This document shows, piece by piece, positions 20,741 through 32,728 of a DNA stretch of 64,000 nucleotides (its first letter is position 1; every line of letters begins with the position of its first letter). Made by a program: the position numbers and the translations under genes. The notes below the pieces were generated by a model. That model had not been told where the DNA came from, ran no database searches, and saw only the letters and a program-made list of their open reading frames with translations. Location: the NCBI GenBank assembly GCA_963705505.1, contig CAVPJU010000003.1:128001-192000 (forward strand), in the 5' to 3' direction. Source of the stretch: an uncultured bacterium. GTDB lineage: Bacteria; Desulfobacterota_D; UBA1144; Nemesobacterales; UBA2774.

Positions 20741-22663
20741 ATGAATAATAAAAGAAGACCGAAAATTCTTGTAGGGTCCGACGAGAGGCTGTTTTCAGAC
20801 CTCAGCAAAATTCTCAGCAGACAGAATAGTCAAACTGATTTGGCCTCGAGTGCCGAGGAATTTATAGGAAAACTGAGAGACAAGCCCTATGACGTAGCTG
20901 TAATCGACACAACCGCTATCGACTTCTCGATCCCGGAGTTAATTACGCGCGTCAAATCGATTTCTCATAACACCGAGTTAATAATGATCACGGAGCCGGG
21001 CCGGGATTCCGATCCCCTATCGGATAATCCTCTCGATAACCTGGTGTACGGTTATATTGAAACGCCGGCCAGCGCTAAATACGTAGCGACCCTCGCGCTT
21101 AAGGCGCTTGAGAAACAGAGACTCCTTAAACCGGCAGCGGGTCAGAGCAAAGTCAGCCTGAACAGCGTGATCGAAACGGCCAGGAGCGGCCACAAGGATG
21201 ATGAAAATTTTCTCCTGGCCACTTCCGTGAACAGCCTGAATTCGGCAGTCACAATTACGGACATGCGCCGGAATATTATTTACATCAACCAGGCTCACAC
21301 GAGAACGTTCGGATACAAACCCGAGGAACTCATAGGAAAGAAGAGCGATGTGCTGTACCCGCTTGACGACCCCTCCGGGGTCAGCAGCAAGATTTATGAA
21401 GCGCTCGTAATGGTGGGATGGGAAGGTGAAAGGCTCGCCTTAAGGAAGAACGGGAACGCGTTTCCGGTGTACGAAAAAACTTCCGCCATCAAGGAGAAGG
21501 ACGGGACTCAACTGGGCATCGTCTCGATAATCGACGACATCACGGCCAGAAGAAGGCTCCAGCAGGCTTTGAAAGAATCCGAGGAGCGGTACAGGAGTTT
21601 TGTGGAAACGGCAAAGAGCGCAATCATAGCCGTGGACGGAGACGGTAAAGTTATCCTTTTCAACCCCGCTGCGGAAAAAATATTCGGATACCCGAAAGAC
21701 GAGATTATCGGGAAAGAGTTCAGCTGCCTGTTCCCCGAAAGGTATAAAGACATCACCGGGGTGGAGCTCAGCAAGGGCGGCTGGAACGGGTTTTCAGGTC
21801 TCATAGAATCGACGTCCGAGCTCACGGGACTCCACAAGAACGGTGATGAATTCCCCGTGGACGCATCTTTCTCCACGTGCAGGGTCGAAGGGAGATCCAT
21901 CCTGACCGCGATAATATTCGACATCACCGAAAGGAAGAATTTACAGGAGCAGCTGCTGCAATCGGCAAAGCTCGCAGCCGTGGGAGAGCTGATATCGGGC
22001 ATTACTCACGAGGTTAATAACCCGCTTGCCGTCGTTATCGGCTATTCCGAAATGCTCCTTGCCGAGTCCGATCTCAGCAACGAATCGAGGGAAGCCATAA
22101 AAGCCATACACGGCGAATCTGAGAGGGCTAAAAAGGTAATACAAAACATGCTCTCCTTCGCACGCAAGCACAGTCCCGTAAAGGAAGTAATACAGGTGAA
22201 TGACATCCTGGAAAAAACACTGGGCCTGACGGATTACGAGCTTAGAAAAAATTCCGTAAAAGTCGTCAAAGACCTCGATCCCAACCTCCCCGAGACAGTA
22301 GGCGACCCGAATCAGCTGCAGCAGGTTTTCCTCAACCTGATAATCAATTCACAGCAGGCAATGATGGAAATGAAGGACAACAGGCTGCTCACGATAAGAA
22401 GCAGGGTCAGGGAGACCGGAGACCCGGACAAGGCCGGGACCGGAAGCGTCATCCAAATCGCTTTTGAAGATAACGGCCCGGGCATCCCTGAAAAAATAAT
22501 AAAGAAGATATTCGACCCCTTCTACACGACAAAGCCCAAGGGAAAGGGCACGGGGCTCGGGCTCTCCGTATCTTTCGGCATCATAAAGGAACACGGCGGG
22601 GATATCTACGCCAGACCGAACGAGGGAAATGGAGCCACGTTCTTCGTCGAACTTCCGGCCTGA
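20741..22663 (+). CDS. Sensor histidine kinase (degenerate REC-PAS-PAS-HisKA-HATPase)
   Basis: THEVNNPL H-box, QQVFLNLIIN, DNGPG, FDPFYTTK, GTGLGL; two PAS/PAC units. Confidence 0.92.
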   Translation: MNNKRRPKILVGSDERLFSDLSKILSRQNSQTDLASSAEEFIGKLRDKPYDVAVIDTTAIDFSIPELITRVKSISHNTELIMITEPGRDSDPLSDNPLDNLVYGYIETPASAKYVATLALKALEKQRLLKPAAGQSKVSLNSVIETARSGHKDDENFLLATSVNSLNSAVTITDMRRNIIYINQAHTRTFGYKPEELIGKKSDVLYPLDDPSGVSSKIYEALVMVGWEGERLALRKNGNAFPVYEKTSAIKEKDGTQLGIVSIIDDITARRRLQQALKESEERYRSFVETAKSAIIAVDGDGKVILFNPAAEKIFGYPKDEIIGKEFSCLFPERYKDITGVELSKGGWNGFSGLIESTSELTGLHKNGDEFPVDASFSTCRVEGRSILTAIIFDITERKNLQEQLLQSAKLAAVGELISGITHEVNNPLAVVIGYSEMLLAESDLSNESREAIKAIHGESERAKKVIQNMLSFARKHSPVKEVIQVNDILEKTLGLTDYELRKNSVKVVKDLDPNLPETVGDPNQLQQVFLNLIINSQQAMMEMKDNRLLTIRSRVRETGDPDKAGTGSVIQIAFEDNGPGIPEKIIKKIFDPFYTTKPKGKGTGLGLSVSFGIIKEHGGDIYARPNEGNGATFFVELPA

Positions 22664-22710
22664 TCTCAATTCCCTTGTGCCACTCCAAGTAATATATACT
22701 CGGCAGATTG

Positions 22711-24033
<1,323 letters not shown>

Positions 24034-24169
24034 TTAATTAGCGTTCCCGGCCATACACACTACGAGCCTCGCTGCGCATCCTGCTCCGCCGGGTCTCGTC
24101 ACGATTTCCTTATTGTTTTTGACTGCAAAAAGCAGCATGTAACTCTTTATGATAGAAGGAAAATTTGTT

Positions 24170-24583
24170 TCATATATCGAACACTATTTCGGCCATAAAT
24201 CTATCATTCACCTTTTGTATTTTCAAATTGTGGTATGTGGCCGCCTTTATATCGAGCTCAAGCTCGTGCCTTTCCGGGTCGATTTTTTCTCCCCTGAGCC
24301 TCCCCTTAAGCTTTTTCCCCTCCGTTAATTCGAGCGCGACATCGCTGAATACCATCTTACGGACCTGATGGAGGTAGAGTATCTCCCCGAGCATTTTTAC
24401 GAGGATTTCCTCCCCTGTTTCCCCCTCTACTTCGAATTCAACGTCGCCTTCGGGCTTTACAGCTTCTACCCCGGTTATAAGAGCCATCATGGCGAGAGCG
24501 GCGTTTCTTAATAAATCCACGAAACTCTTCCCGTAAACCCTTACCCTGATGTCGGCTGTATGTTCCAGAATCTCGTAGCTCAT
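24170..24583 (-). CDS. Archease
   Basis: EHTAD, IKAATYH, C-terminal FDI. Confidence 0.93.
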   Translation of the reverse strand: MSYEILEHTADIRVRVYGKSFVDLLRNAALAMMALITGVEAVKPEGDVEFEVEGETGEEILVKMLGEILYLHQVRKMVFSDVALELTEGKKLKGRLRGEKIDPERHELELDIKAATYHNLKIQKVNDRFMAEIVFDI

Positions 24584-24706
24584 TATAAACTATTTTAACA
24601 CGGTTTAACGGGCTGCCCCGAGCCCGTTTGCAATAGGAACCCGGAAGCGGTTACTATATTATATAATCGTTATTATATAACCAGACCCGGTCTATCGGAG
24701 GAGAAT

Positions 24707-25426
24707 ATGGGAAAGCTGAACAAAGATTTCGAACTCACCTACATGGGGCATTCGACCTTTAAGCTCAAAACCCCCGGCGGCAAGATCGTGCTCATAGACC
24801 CGTGGGTGCAAAATAACCCGGCCTGCCCGGACGGGTTGAAGAAAATAAGCGAACTCGACATCATGGCGGTTACGCACGGCCACTTCGACCATATAGGCGA
24901 CGCTGTGTCCATAGGAACGCAGCACCAGCCGAAGGTAGTGGGGATATACGAGATCTGCATATGGCTTAATTCCAAGGGTTTAAAAAATATAATGCCTATG
25001 AACAAAGGGGGCACTCAGTCGGTTGACGGAATCAAGTTCACGATGGTCCACGCCGACCACAGCTGCGGTATCCAGGAGGAGGACGGGTCCATAATCTACG
25101 GCGGGGAAGCCGTAGGATACATAATAGAGCTCGAAAACGGTTTCAGGTTCTACCATTCCGGGGATACGGCTGTCTTTAGCGATATGAAATTGATCGCAGA
25201 GATCTATAAGCCCGAGCTCGTGATGATCCCGATAGGAGACCTCTTCATCATGTCTCCCCTCGAAGCGGCACATGCGTGCAGGTTCCTCGCGGCAAAATAC
25301 GTTATACCAATGCACTACGGGACCTTTCCCGCACTTACGGGGACACCGGCTGATCTAAAAGCGCTTACGCGGGATATCAAGGGTATGGAGATCATTGCGC
25401 TCAAACCCGGAGAGACGCTGAGTTAG
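24707..25426 (+). CDS. Metal-dependent hydrolase (UPF0173, MBL fold)
   Basis: GHS, IDPW, THGHFDH, YHSGDT, PIGD, IPMHYGTF. Confidence 0.92.
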   Translation: MGKLNKDFELTYMGHSTFKLKTPGGKIVLIDPWVQNNPACPDGLKKISELDIMAVTHGHFDHIGDAVSIGTQHQPKVVGIYEICIWLNSKGLKNIMPMNKGGTQSVDGIKFTMVHADHSCGIQEEDGSIIYGGEAVGYIIELENGFRFYHSGDTAVFSDMKLIAEIYKPELVMIPIGDLFIMSPLEAAHACRFLAAKYVIPMHYGTFPALTGTPADLKALTRDIKGMEIIALKPGETLS

Positions 25427-25487
25427 GATTATAAAAGGGGTCGTTGAATTATCGGAACTTAATTGATTGATTTAATGGGGAGGGGTT

Positions 25488-26720
25488 ATGTACAGAATTT
25501 TCCACTTTATTTTCTTCGTATTTCTCATTCCGGTCTTCATCGCGTCATGCGATTCGTCAAGTACGGGAGACAGCGGGGGCGGGGGCGGCGGGGGTGGGAA
25601 CGTAACGTTCGGGCTTGAAGAGGCGTTCCCCGGTGTAACATTTGACAGGCCGGTGGATTTTCAGAACGCAGGAGACGGGACGAACCGCGTGTTCGTAGTC
25701 GAGCAGAAAGGGGTTATCAAGGTAGTGGGCCCCCTGTTAGCAGTTAGCGGTACAAGCGCCTCCCGGGAAAGCGTTATCAGGCAGGAGGACGTAAACGAGT
25801 TCCTCAATATTCAGGACAGGGTGCTATTCGACGAAGGAGAGCGCGGACTGCTCGGTCTCGCCTTTGACCCCGATTTTCAAAACAACGGATTTTTCTATGT
25901 AAATTACACGGCCGATAACCCCAACAGAACCGTGATATCACGTTTCAGGGTAAAAGAGGAAAACCCCAACCAGGCAGACCCTGGCAGCGAGCTTATAATA
26001 TTGGAATTCGACCAGCCCGGCGACCACCACAAGGGCGGCCAGATCGCTTTCGGACCGGATGACGGATTCTTGTACATCGCCGTGGGAGACGGGGGTGCTT
26101 CAAGCTTCACTGCCCAGGACCTGACCGACTTACTAGGCTCGATATTGCGGATTGACGTAAACAACCCTGAGGACGGAATGAATTACGGAATTCCGCCCGG
26201 TAACCCCTTTGCCGGGAACAGCTCCGGATTCAGGGAGGAGATTTTCGCCTACGGTTTCCGCAATCCCTGGAGGTTCGCCTTTGACGATTCGAACGGAAGG
26301 CTCTTCGCAGGCGACGTCGGCGAGGGAAGAATAGAAGAGATCGACGTAGTGGAGAATGGGAAAAATTACGGATGGAATATAATGGAAGGGAGCCTGTGCA
26401 TAACGCCGCCTTCAGGGTGCGACACGTCCGGGCTCGAGCTTCCGATTCATGAATACGGGAGGGACGAGGGGGGAACAATTATAGCGGGCCCCGTTTACAG
26501 AGGCTCGATATCGGAGCTCTTCGGGAAGTTCATTTACGGAGACTTCCTATCGGGCACCATCTGGGCTCTAAGCTATAACGGCTCGAGCGTAACCGAGAAT
26601 AAGGTAATAGTGGATACGGACGATCTCCCGATAACAGCGTTCGGCCGCGACGAAGGCGGAGAAGCTTACGTGTGTACTCTCGACGGTATAATCTATCGCC
26701 TGGTTAAAGCATCCGGTTAA
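25488..26720 (+). CDS. PQQ-dependent sugar/sorbosone dehydrogenase family lipoprotein
   Basis: Lipobox IASC, Gly linker, ERGLLGLAFDP, H.GGQIAFGPD, GDGG, YGFRNPWR. Confidence 0.9.
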   Translation: MYRIFHFIFFVFLIPVFIASCDSSSTGDSGGGGGGGGNVTFGLEEAFPGVTFDRPVDFQNAGDGTNRVFVVEQKGVIKVVGPLLAVSGTSASRESVIRQEDVNEFLNIQDRVLFDEGERGLLGLAFDPDFQNNGFFYVNYTADNPNRTVISRFRVKEENPNQADPGSELIILEFDQPGDHHKGGQIAFGPDDGFLYIAVGDGGASSFTAQDLTDLLGSILRIDVNNPEDGMNYGIPPGNPFAGNSSGFREEIFAYGFRNPWRFAFDDSNGRLFAGDVGEGRIEEIDVVENGKNYGWNIMEGSLCITPPSGCDTSGLELPIHEYGRDEGGTIIAGPVYRGSISELFGKFIYGDFLSGTIWALSYNGSSVTENKVIVDTDDLPITAFGRDEGGEAYVCTLDGIIYRLVKASG

Positions 26721-26930
26721 AGAATATAGAGCGGACAGGGCGACCTCACACCAAAACCAATGAGGCCTCCCCCCCGGAAAGGAGCTCAGATTTATTGACA
26801 GTATTTTAATTATTTAATTGTCGTACGTTCCCGCCGTCTTCATTCGCGTATCCGCCTGAAATACTGCTCATGGCCGCCTAGGTTGCTTAAAATATTGAGA
26901 ATATTAAGAGAAGTCCCGTTCAGCACAAAA

Positions 26931-26960
26931 TTGACAACAGCCCTCAAATGTGCTAATAAT
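26931..26960 (+). promoter_or_regulatory. Putative sigma70 promoter of the ffh operon
   Basis: TTGACA followed by TAATAAT at 17-18 nt spacing. Confidence 0.45.
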
Positions 26961-27005
26961 AATGGCTTGCCTTTTAAACAGGGGAGTTTTGTCTTCTGAA
27001 CGGCT

Positions 27006-28340
27006 ATGTTTGAGGGAATATCTGAAAAATTAAACGCCACTTTAAAGAAAGTAAGGGGCTATGGAAAGCTAAGCGAAAGCAATATTCAGGACGCTCTGAG
27101 GGAAGTCCGCCTGAGCCTCCTCGAAGCGGATGTGAACTTCAAGGTGGTAAGGGAATTTATCGAATCGGTAAAAAACCGCTCGCTCGGCCAGGAAGTTATG
27201 GGGAGCCTCTCGCCGGGCCAGCAGTTTGTAAAAATCGTCCACGAGGAGCTGATCAAGGTCCTCGGGGATGAGAGCTCCGAGCTCGACCTCAAGTCATCCC
27301 CTCCCGTCGCAATAATGCTCGTAGGGCTGCAGGGTTCGGGAAAAACCACCTCTGCTTCCAAGCTGGCCAAGCACCTTAAAGAGAAAACAAGAAGAAACCC
27401 CTATCTCGTTCCGGCCGACGTATACAGACCCGCTGCTATAGACCAGCTGAAGGTGCTCGCAAAACAGGTGGGTGCCGGTATATACGATACAAAACCGGGC
27501 ACGGGGCCATTGGAAATCTGCAAAAACGCAATGGAAGAAGCGCGGCTCGGCGGATACGACACCGTAATTATCGACACCGCCGGAAGGCTTCACATAGACG
27601 AAGAGCTCATGGAAGAGCTCAAAACAATAAAAGCGGAATTGAACCCGCATCAGGTGCTGCTCGTCGCGGATGCGATGACGGGTCAGGATGCGGTAAACGT
27701 TTCATCGAGTTTCAACGACGCGCTCGATATCGACGGAGTCATCCTTACGAAGATGGACGGTGACGCCAGGGGCGGAGCTGCGCTGTCGATCAAGTCGGTA
27801 ACGGGAAAGCCCATTAAATTTTTCGGCACCGGCGAGAAACTCGAAGCGCTCGAGGTATTTCACCCGGACAGGATCGCGTCCCGGATTCTCGGAATGGGGG
27901 ATATGCTCACCCTGATCGAAAAAGCGCAGACTGCATTCGAAGGGAAAAAAGCGGAAGAGATGGCGAGAAAGCTTTTGAAAAAGGAGTTTTCGCTCGTCGA
28001 TTTCAGGGAGGCCATGCTCGCTATGCGCAAGCTCGGCTCTCTTGACAGCATGACCCAGATGATCCCGGGCATGAAGCAAATCGCAAATAACCCCCGGGCC
28101 CTGGAAACGGCCGAGAAAGAAATAAAAAAAACTATCGCCATAATCGACTCGATGACCGAAAAAGAAAGAATCGATCATACATTGCTCAACAGCAGCAGGC
28201 GGAAGCGAATAGCAGGCGGAAGCGGTACGAGGGTCGAAGACATCAACCGGATGATAAAAAATTACATGCAGATGAAAAATATGATGAAGAATATGGGCAA
28301 AATGGGCAAAATTGCAAAAAGAATGATGAAATTTATGTAA
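27006..28340 (+). CDS. ffh: Signal recognition particle protein
   Basis: LLEADV, GLQGSGKTT, DTAGR, TKMDGDARGG, Met-rich M domain. Confidence 0.97.
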   Translation: MFEGISEKLNATLKKVRGYGKLSESNIQDALREVRLSLLEADVNFKVVREFIESVKNRSLGQEVMGSLSPGQQFVKIVHEELIKVLGDESSELDLKSSPPVAIMLVGLQGSGKTTSASKLAKHLKEKTRRNPYLVPADVYRPAAIDQLKVLAKQVGAGIYDTKPGTGPLEICKNAMEEARLGGYDTVIIDTAGRLHIDEELMEELKTIKAELNPHQVLLVADAMTGQDAVNVSSSFNDALDIDGVILTKMDGDARGGAALSIKSVTGKPIKFFGTGEKLEALEVFHPDRIASRILGMGDMLTLIEKAQTAFEGKKAEEMARKLLKKEFSLVDFREAMLAMRKLGSLDSMTQMIPGMKQIANNPRALETAEKEIKKTIAIIDSMTEKERIDHTLLNSSRRKRIAGGSGTRVEDINRMIKNYMQMKNMMKNMGKMGKIAKRMMKFM

Positions 28341-28401
28341 AAGACTTAATATTTTGAGTAAAGTTTATTAAAATAGATGTATACAAGGAGGTATTTGTAT
28401 T

Positions 28402-28635
28402 TTGGTTAAGATCAGGCTAATGAGGATTGGGTCAAAGAAAAACCCCTTTTACAGAATTGTGGCTACGGATTCGCGCTCGCCCCGTAACGGCAGATTTCTC
28501 GAGATTTTAGGTTATTACGACCCGAGGAAGAAACCCCATCAGTTAGAGGTCGATTCGGAGAGGGTCAAGGACTGGATCAGCAAAGGGGCTCAGACTACCG
28601 AGAGGGTAGGGAAATTGATATCTGCTTTGAACTAG
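28402..28635 (+). CDS. rpsP: 30S ribosomal protein S16 (TTG start)
   Basis: AGGAGG RBS; VKIRL, PFYRIV, RNGRFLE, GAQ. Confidence 0.95.
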   Translation: MVKIRLMRIGSKKNPFYRIVATDSRSPRNGRFLEILGYYDPRKKPHQLEVDSERVKDWISKGAQTTERVGKLISALN

Positions 28636-28710
28636 GTTGGAGGCGGAAACGATATCGAGATAGAAATTACTTGATGGGCGTCGTCATAGAATACAGGGGA
28701 GGTATATGTT

Positions 28711-28950
28711 ATGGAAAAGCTTACGGAGCTCGTGACTTTCATCGCTAAATCACTGGTTGATAATCCCGAAAAGGTCGAAGTTCGTGAAGTCTCCGGTGAA
28801 CAGACGGCTGTTCTTGAATTAAAAGTCGCACAAGAGGACCTGGGGAAAATTATAGGGAAACAGGGAAAAACAGCAAAAGCGATCAGGACGATCCTGGGTG
28901 CTGCCGCTGCCAAAATGAGAAGAAGGGCAGTTCTTGAAATCCTAGAATAA
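28711..28950 (+). CDS. khpA: KH domain RNA-binding protein
   Basis: [24 protein letters not shown]; between rpsP and rimM. Confidence 0.92.
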   Translation: MEKLTELVTFIAKSLVDNPEKVEVREVSGEQTAVLELKVAQEDLGKIIGKQGKTAKAIRTILGAAAAKMRRRAVLEILE

Positions 28951-28969
28951 TTTTTACCCGTCAGTCAAT

Positions 28970-29485
28970 ATGGGGCTTATCAGTTACGGGAAGATCACGA
29001 GGGCCCACGGTTTAGCCGGAGGGGTAAGATTCGTACCGTTCAGCCGCCGGTCTGAAAGCCTCAATGCGCTCGAAAGAATCTTCATAGAGACGGCCCGGGG
29101 GCAAGATCCCGAAGGGTTTACTGTAAAGGAGTGCAGGCTCGACAAGGGCTCGGCAATCATAAAGCTCGAAGGGATCGATACAATCGACGAAGCTGCAAAG
29201 CTTATAGGACGCAATGTCTATATCGACAGGTCGGAGCTGCCCGAGCTGGAAGAAGACGAATTTTACTGGTTCGAGCTGATAGGGCTCGAAACCTATACCG
29301 AAGACGGTAAATATGTAGGAAGGGTCGAAAGCTTGATAGACAGGGCGCTCCAGAGCGTCCTCGTTGTAAAAAAAGACGATAAAGAAATACTCATTCCCCT
29401 TTCCGAGCCTATAATTAAGGAAATAAAACTTAAGGAATCGAAAATAATAATCTCTCCGATAGAGGGACTGCTCGACCAGGATTAA
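28970..29485 (+). CDS. rimM: Ribosome maturation factor RimM
   Basis: GKI..AHGL.G, EFYWFELIGL, EILIP; operon context. Confidence 0.93.
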   Translation: MGLISYGKITRAHGLAGGVRFVPFSRRSESLNALERIFIETARGQDPEGFTVKECRLDKGSAIIKLEGIDTIDEAAKLIGRNVYIDRSELPELEEDEFYWFELIGLETYTEDGKYVGRVESLIDRALQSVLVVKKDDKEILIPLSEPIIKEIKLKESKIIISPIEGLLDQD

Positions 29486-29516
29486 CCGCACAAAACGACC
29501 GCCCGAGCTATAGACC

Positions 29517-30819
29517 ATGAAATTCGATATATTGACCATCTTCCCGGAATTCTTCGAATCCCCTTTCTCCTTCGGAATTTTCAAGAAGGCGATCGAGAGG
29601 AATATCGTGGAAATAAACACCCACGACATTAGGGACTACACCGGGGACAAACACAGGACTGTGGACGATGCGCCCTACGGCGGCGGGGGCGGTATGCTCA
29701 TGAAGCCCGAGCCTATAGGGGGAGCGGTCAAAAAAATCAAGAGGGCGGATTTAAGATCACTCGTAATCCTGACAACGCCGGGGGGCGAAATATTCTCCGA
29801 CGAGACAGCGAGGGAGATGGCAACGTACGATCAGCTCGTAATCATCTGCGGAAGGTACGAGGGAATAGACGAGAGGGTCAGGGAAATTCATGTGGACAAG
29901 GAGATATCGATTGGTGATTACGTGCTCTCGGGAGGGGAATACGCCGCCGCCGTCATCCTGGACAGCGTCGCGAGGTTCATTCCGGGATTCCTGGGAAACG
30001 AACTATCCACCCGAAAGGGACTCGTTCAATGAATGGCTCCTGGAGTACCCCCAATACACGAGACCCGAAGTCTATGAGGGCAGTAGAATCCCCGACGTCC
30101 TCCTTTCCGGCAACCATAAGGAGATCGGGGAATGGAGGCGTAAAGAGAGCATTAAGAGGACTTATTTAAGGAGACCCGAGATGCTCGACAGGGCACGCCT
30201 TACAATTGAGGACTTAAGTACGGTGAAAGAGTTAAAAAAGGTGAATCGTCCAATTTTTAAAGCCTATATTGCATTAGTGCATTATCCCGTATACAATAAT
30301 CGGCTCACGATTATAACCACGGCGTTCACGAATCTGGACGTCCACGATATTTCACGGGCTGGCACGACATACGGTATCGAGAAGTTTTACCTTGTTCAGC
30401 CCAACGGTGAGCAGCAGAAGCTTGCAGAGCGCGTGATCAGGCACTGGACCGAGGGAGAGGGGACGGCGGTTAACAAGTCGAGGTCCCAGGCGCTTGAATT
30501 CGTTGAAATTAAAGATTCTCTCGGGGATGCAATCAATGATATCGAGAGGATCGAGGGGCGCAGACCCAAGATAGTGGTTACCGATGCGCGGCCCCGTGGC
30601 AATATGATCGGTTACGGCGAATTGAGGGATATGATGTTCAGCGATAAACAAGACCCGTTTCTTTTGATTTTCGGAACGGGCTGGGGTCTTGCCGAGGAAA
30701 TAATGGAAACCGCCGACTACACCCTGAAACCCGTGAGCGGCTATACGGATTACAACCATCTTTCCGTGAGATCCGCTGCGGCTATCATACTAGACAGATT
30801 ATTTTCTTGTACAATATGA
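29517..30819 (+). CDS. trmD: tRNA (guanine37-N1)-methyltransferase fused to a C-terminal SPOUT methyltransferase domain; apparent +1 frameshift at ~30010-30012
   Basis: [33 protein letters not shown]; other frame continues DSF...[16 protein letters not shown], then [31 protein letters not shown]. Confidence 0.92.
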
Positions 30820-30834
30820 AATGGGAGAAGTAAG

Positions 30835-31284
30835 ATGAATTTTGTAATTGAAATCGAAAAATCCATGATGAGATCCGACCTTCCGGAGTTCCGCTCGGGC
30901 GACACGGTAGCCGTGCACTATAAAATCAAAGAGGGCGACAGGGAAAGGATACAGGTGTTCGAAGGCGTCGTCATAGCAAAGAAGAATGGAGGGGTGCGCG
31001 AGACCTTCATAGTAAGAAAGGTCTCATACGGAGTCGGAGTAGAAAGGATATTCCCCCTTCATTCACCGCTCATCGACAAGATAGAAGTGAAAAGGAAAGG
31101 TAAAGTAAGGAAAGCCAAGCTCTACTACCTGAGAGGGCGCTCGAAGAAAGCGAGCAGGATCAAGGAAAGGTCGAGATACGAGCAGATCCTCCCGTCAAAC
31201 GGACAATCACAGTTACCTGCCGAGACCGACGTCGAGATCGAAGCGGACGCCGGGGGCACGGAAGACAACACCACGGCTCAGTAA
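30835..31284 (+). CDS. rplS: 50S ribosomal protein L19
   Basis: [28 protein letters not shown]. Confidence 0.96.
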   Translation: MNFVIEIEKSMMRSDLPEFRSGDTVAVHYKIKEGDRERIQVFEGVVIAKKNGGVRETFIVRKVSYGVGVERIFPLHSPLIDKIEVKRKGKVRKAKLYYLRGRSKKASRIKERSRYEQILPSNGQSQLPAETDVEIEADAGGTEDNTTAQ

Positions 31285-31389
31285 CAACAAGAATTATTTC
31301 TACTTCCTATCGATGTCTTTTGATCCGCCGGACAGTGCTCCGGCGTTCAAATCCAGCCGGAGTCAGGTCGGAACTCCGCAGATTTACTA

Positions 31390-32496
31390 TTACTCCAGGT
31401 CTTTATACTTGACCACGATATCGTCTTTGAAGTCGAGAACGAAGCAAGTGTGCCAGTACCCTTCTTCATCGAAGCATTCAAAAGACCATTTCTCCCCATT
31501 TTTACCGTTCTCTTTTTTAGACGGCTCTCCCATGGCCCGACGCGCTTCGTCTTTGGTCATCCCCAGCGCAGGGTAATTATTTTTTATTCCCCACCTTATT
31601 TTCTTTAACGCCTTCTCGTCCCTAACGACGACCTCTGTTTTCTTGTCGGTCACACTGACTTCATCGCTGACCTTACCGCCGCCGTTTTTGTCATCTATGT
31701 CGACGTTTTCGGAAACGCTCTCGGAATCACAGCTCCAGACGAGCACGCCGTCGGCAATGGCCGTCGGCTTGTCGGGCATTTTCTCACTCACTTCACCGAT
31801 AGTCTCCTTTATGTACACACCTGCCTTCTCATCGCTTGCGTTAATATATTCTACCGTCCTGTTCTCACACTGGCCCGGCCTCCAGCTCTGCATGACGGAA
31901 GCTACCCCGAACGCTCTCTCACTCAGACGCTCTGTAAGGAGCTTCCCGGAGCCTTCATTTCCGGAATCCTTTACGGCCCTTATGTTGCCGACAAGAAGAA
32001 CGACAGGGGTGTCGCCGATCATCTGTACGACCTCCTTCTCCATCCAGGCGTCCCTCGATACCGGCACGGAGCCGGGCGCGTCGACGGCATGGACCGAGAG
32101 GCACTTTCCGGCTTTGATCTGCCCGCTGAAATCGGTCAGCATCTGCCTGTAAGCGTCGCTCTCCACTATGTCGTTGATCTGAATTTGAGAAACGGGGACC
32201 TCTCCCTTCATGGCGCTGTCGAGAACCGACTGCTGGTCTGAGGAAATCTCGAGCCCCACTTTAAGACACCCTCCCCCGTTCAGATATTCGGTTACTGTCT
32301 TCGAAAAAAACTTCTCCGATTCGGGCTGCCCGTAGGATTCCCCGATGACGAGCACCTGCTTGCTGCCGAGCAGGAACGGGAGCGAGGTCTTATCCTGCTG
32401 CGCAGACGAAGCGCCCGTGAATCCGACGTACAATAATCCCGCAAATAACAAACCATAAAACACACGCATAATGTCACCCGCTTTTACGTTTTTCAT
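31390..32496 (-). CDS. Exported hypothetical protein; ChaN/EreA-like N-domain plus SmpA/BamE-like C-domain
   Basis: Signal peptide; VIGE, VGLEI, RDAWM, LLVGN; GMTKDEARRAMGEP. Confidence 0.7.
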   Translation of the reverse strand: MKNVKAGDIMRVFYGLLFAGLLYVGFTGASSAQQDKTSLPFLLGSKQVLVIGESYGQPESEKFFSKTVTEYLNGGGCLKVGLEISSDQQSVLDSAMKGEVPVSQIQINDIVESDAYRQMLTDFSGQIKAGKCLSVHAVDAPGSVPVSRDAWMEKEVVQMIGDTPVVLLVGNIRAVKDSGNEGSGKLLTERLSERAFGVASVMQSWRPGQCENRTVEYINASDEKAGVYIKETIGEVSEKMPDKPTAIADGVLVWSCDSESVSENVDIDDKNGGGKVSDEVSVTDKKTEVVVRDEKALKKIRWGIKNNYPALGMTKDEARRAMGEPSKKENGKNGEKWSFECFDEEGYWHTCFVLDFKDDIVVKYKDLE

Positions 32497-32728
32497 CGAT
32501 CATAACAAGTTTTTCGCTGCCGATAAAGTGCCAATATCGCTAAGTATATAACCAAAAGAGACCGAAACATAAAAGGATACGGTGCCGCCCCTCCATTCTC
32601 CTTTTATCGACAGTTCCGAATTCCCCGCCTGAATGTAAGCCGCCCGGAAGATAGAAATCAGGGTTTAAACAGACCGGAAATTTTAGTGATGGTACCGGAT
32701 ACATGTTAAGAAATTATTAAGAGAAAAC

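Noticed and set aside
26725..27000. SRP RNA next to ffh
   Set aside because: CCGGAAAGGAGC is only superficially similar; the conserved CAGG...GNRA...AGCAG helix is missing
30005..30032. Programmed frameshift in trmD
   Set aside because: No canonical slippery heptamer, the site is inside the essential domain, and it shares the +1 pattern of other likely errors
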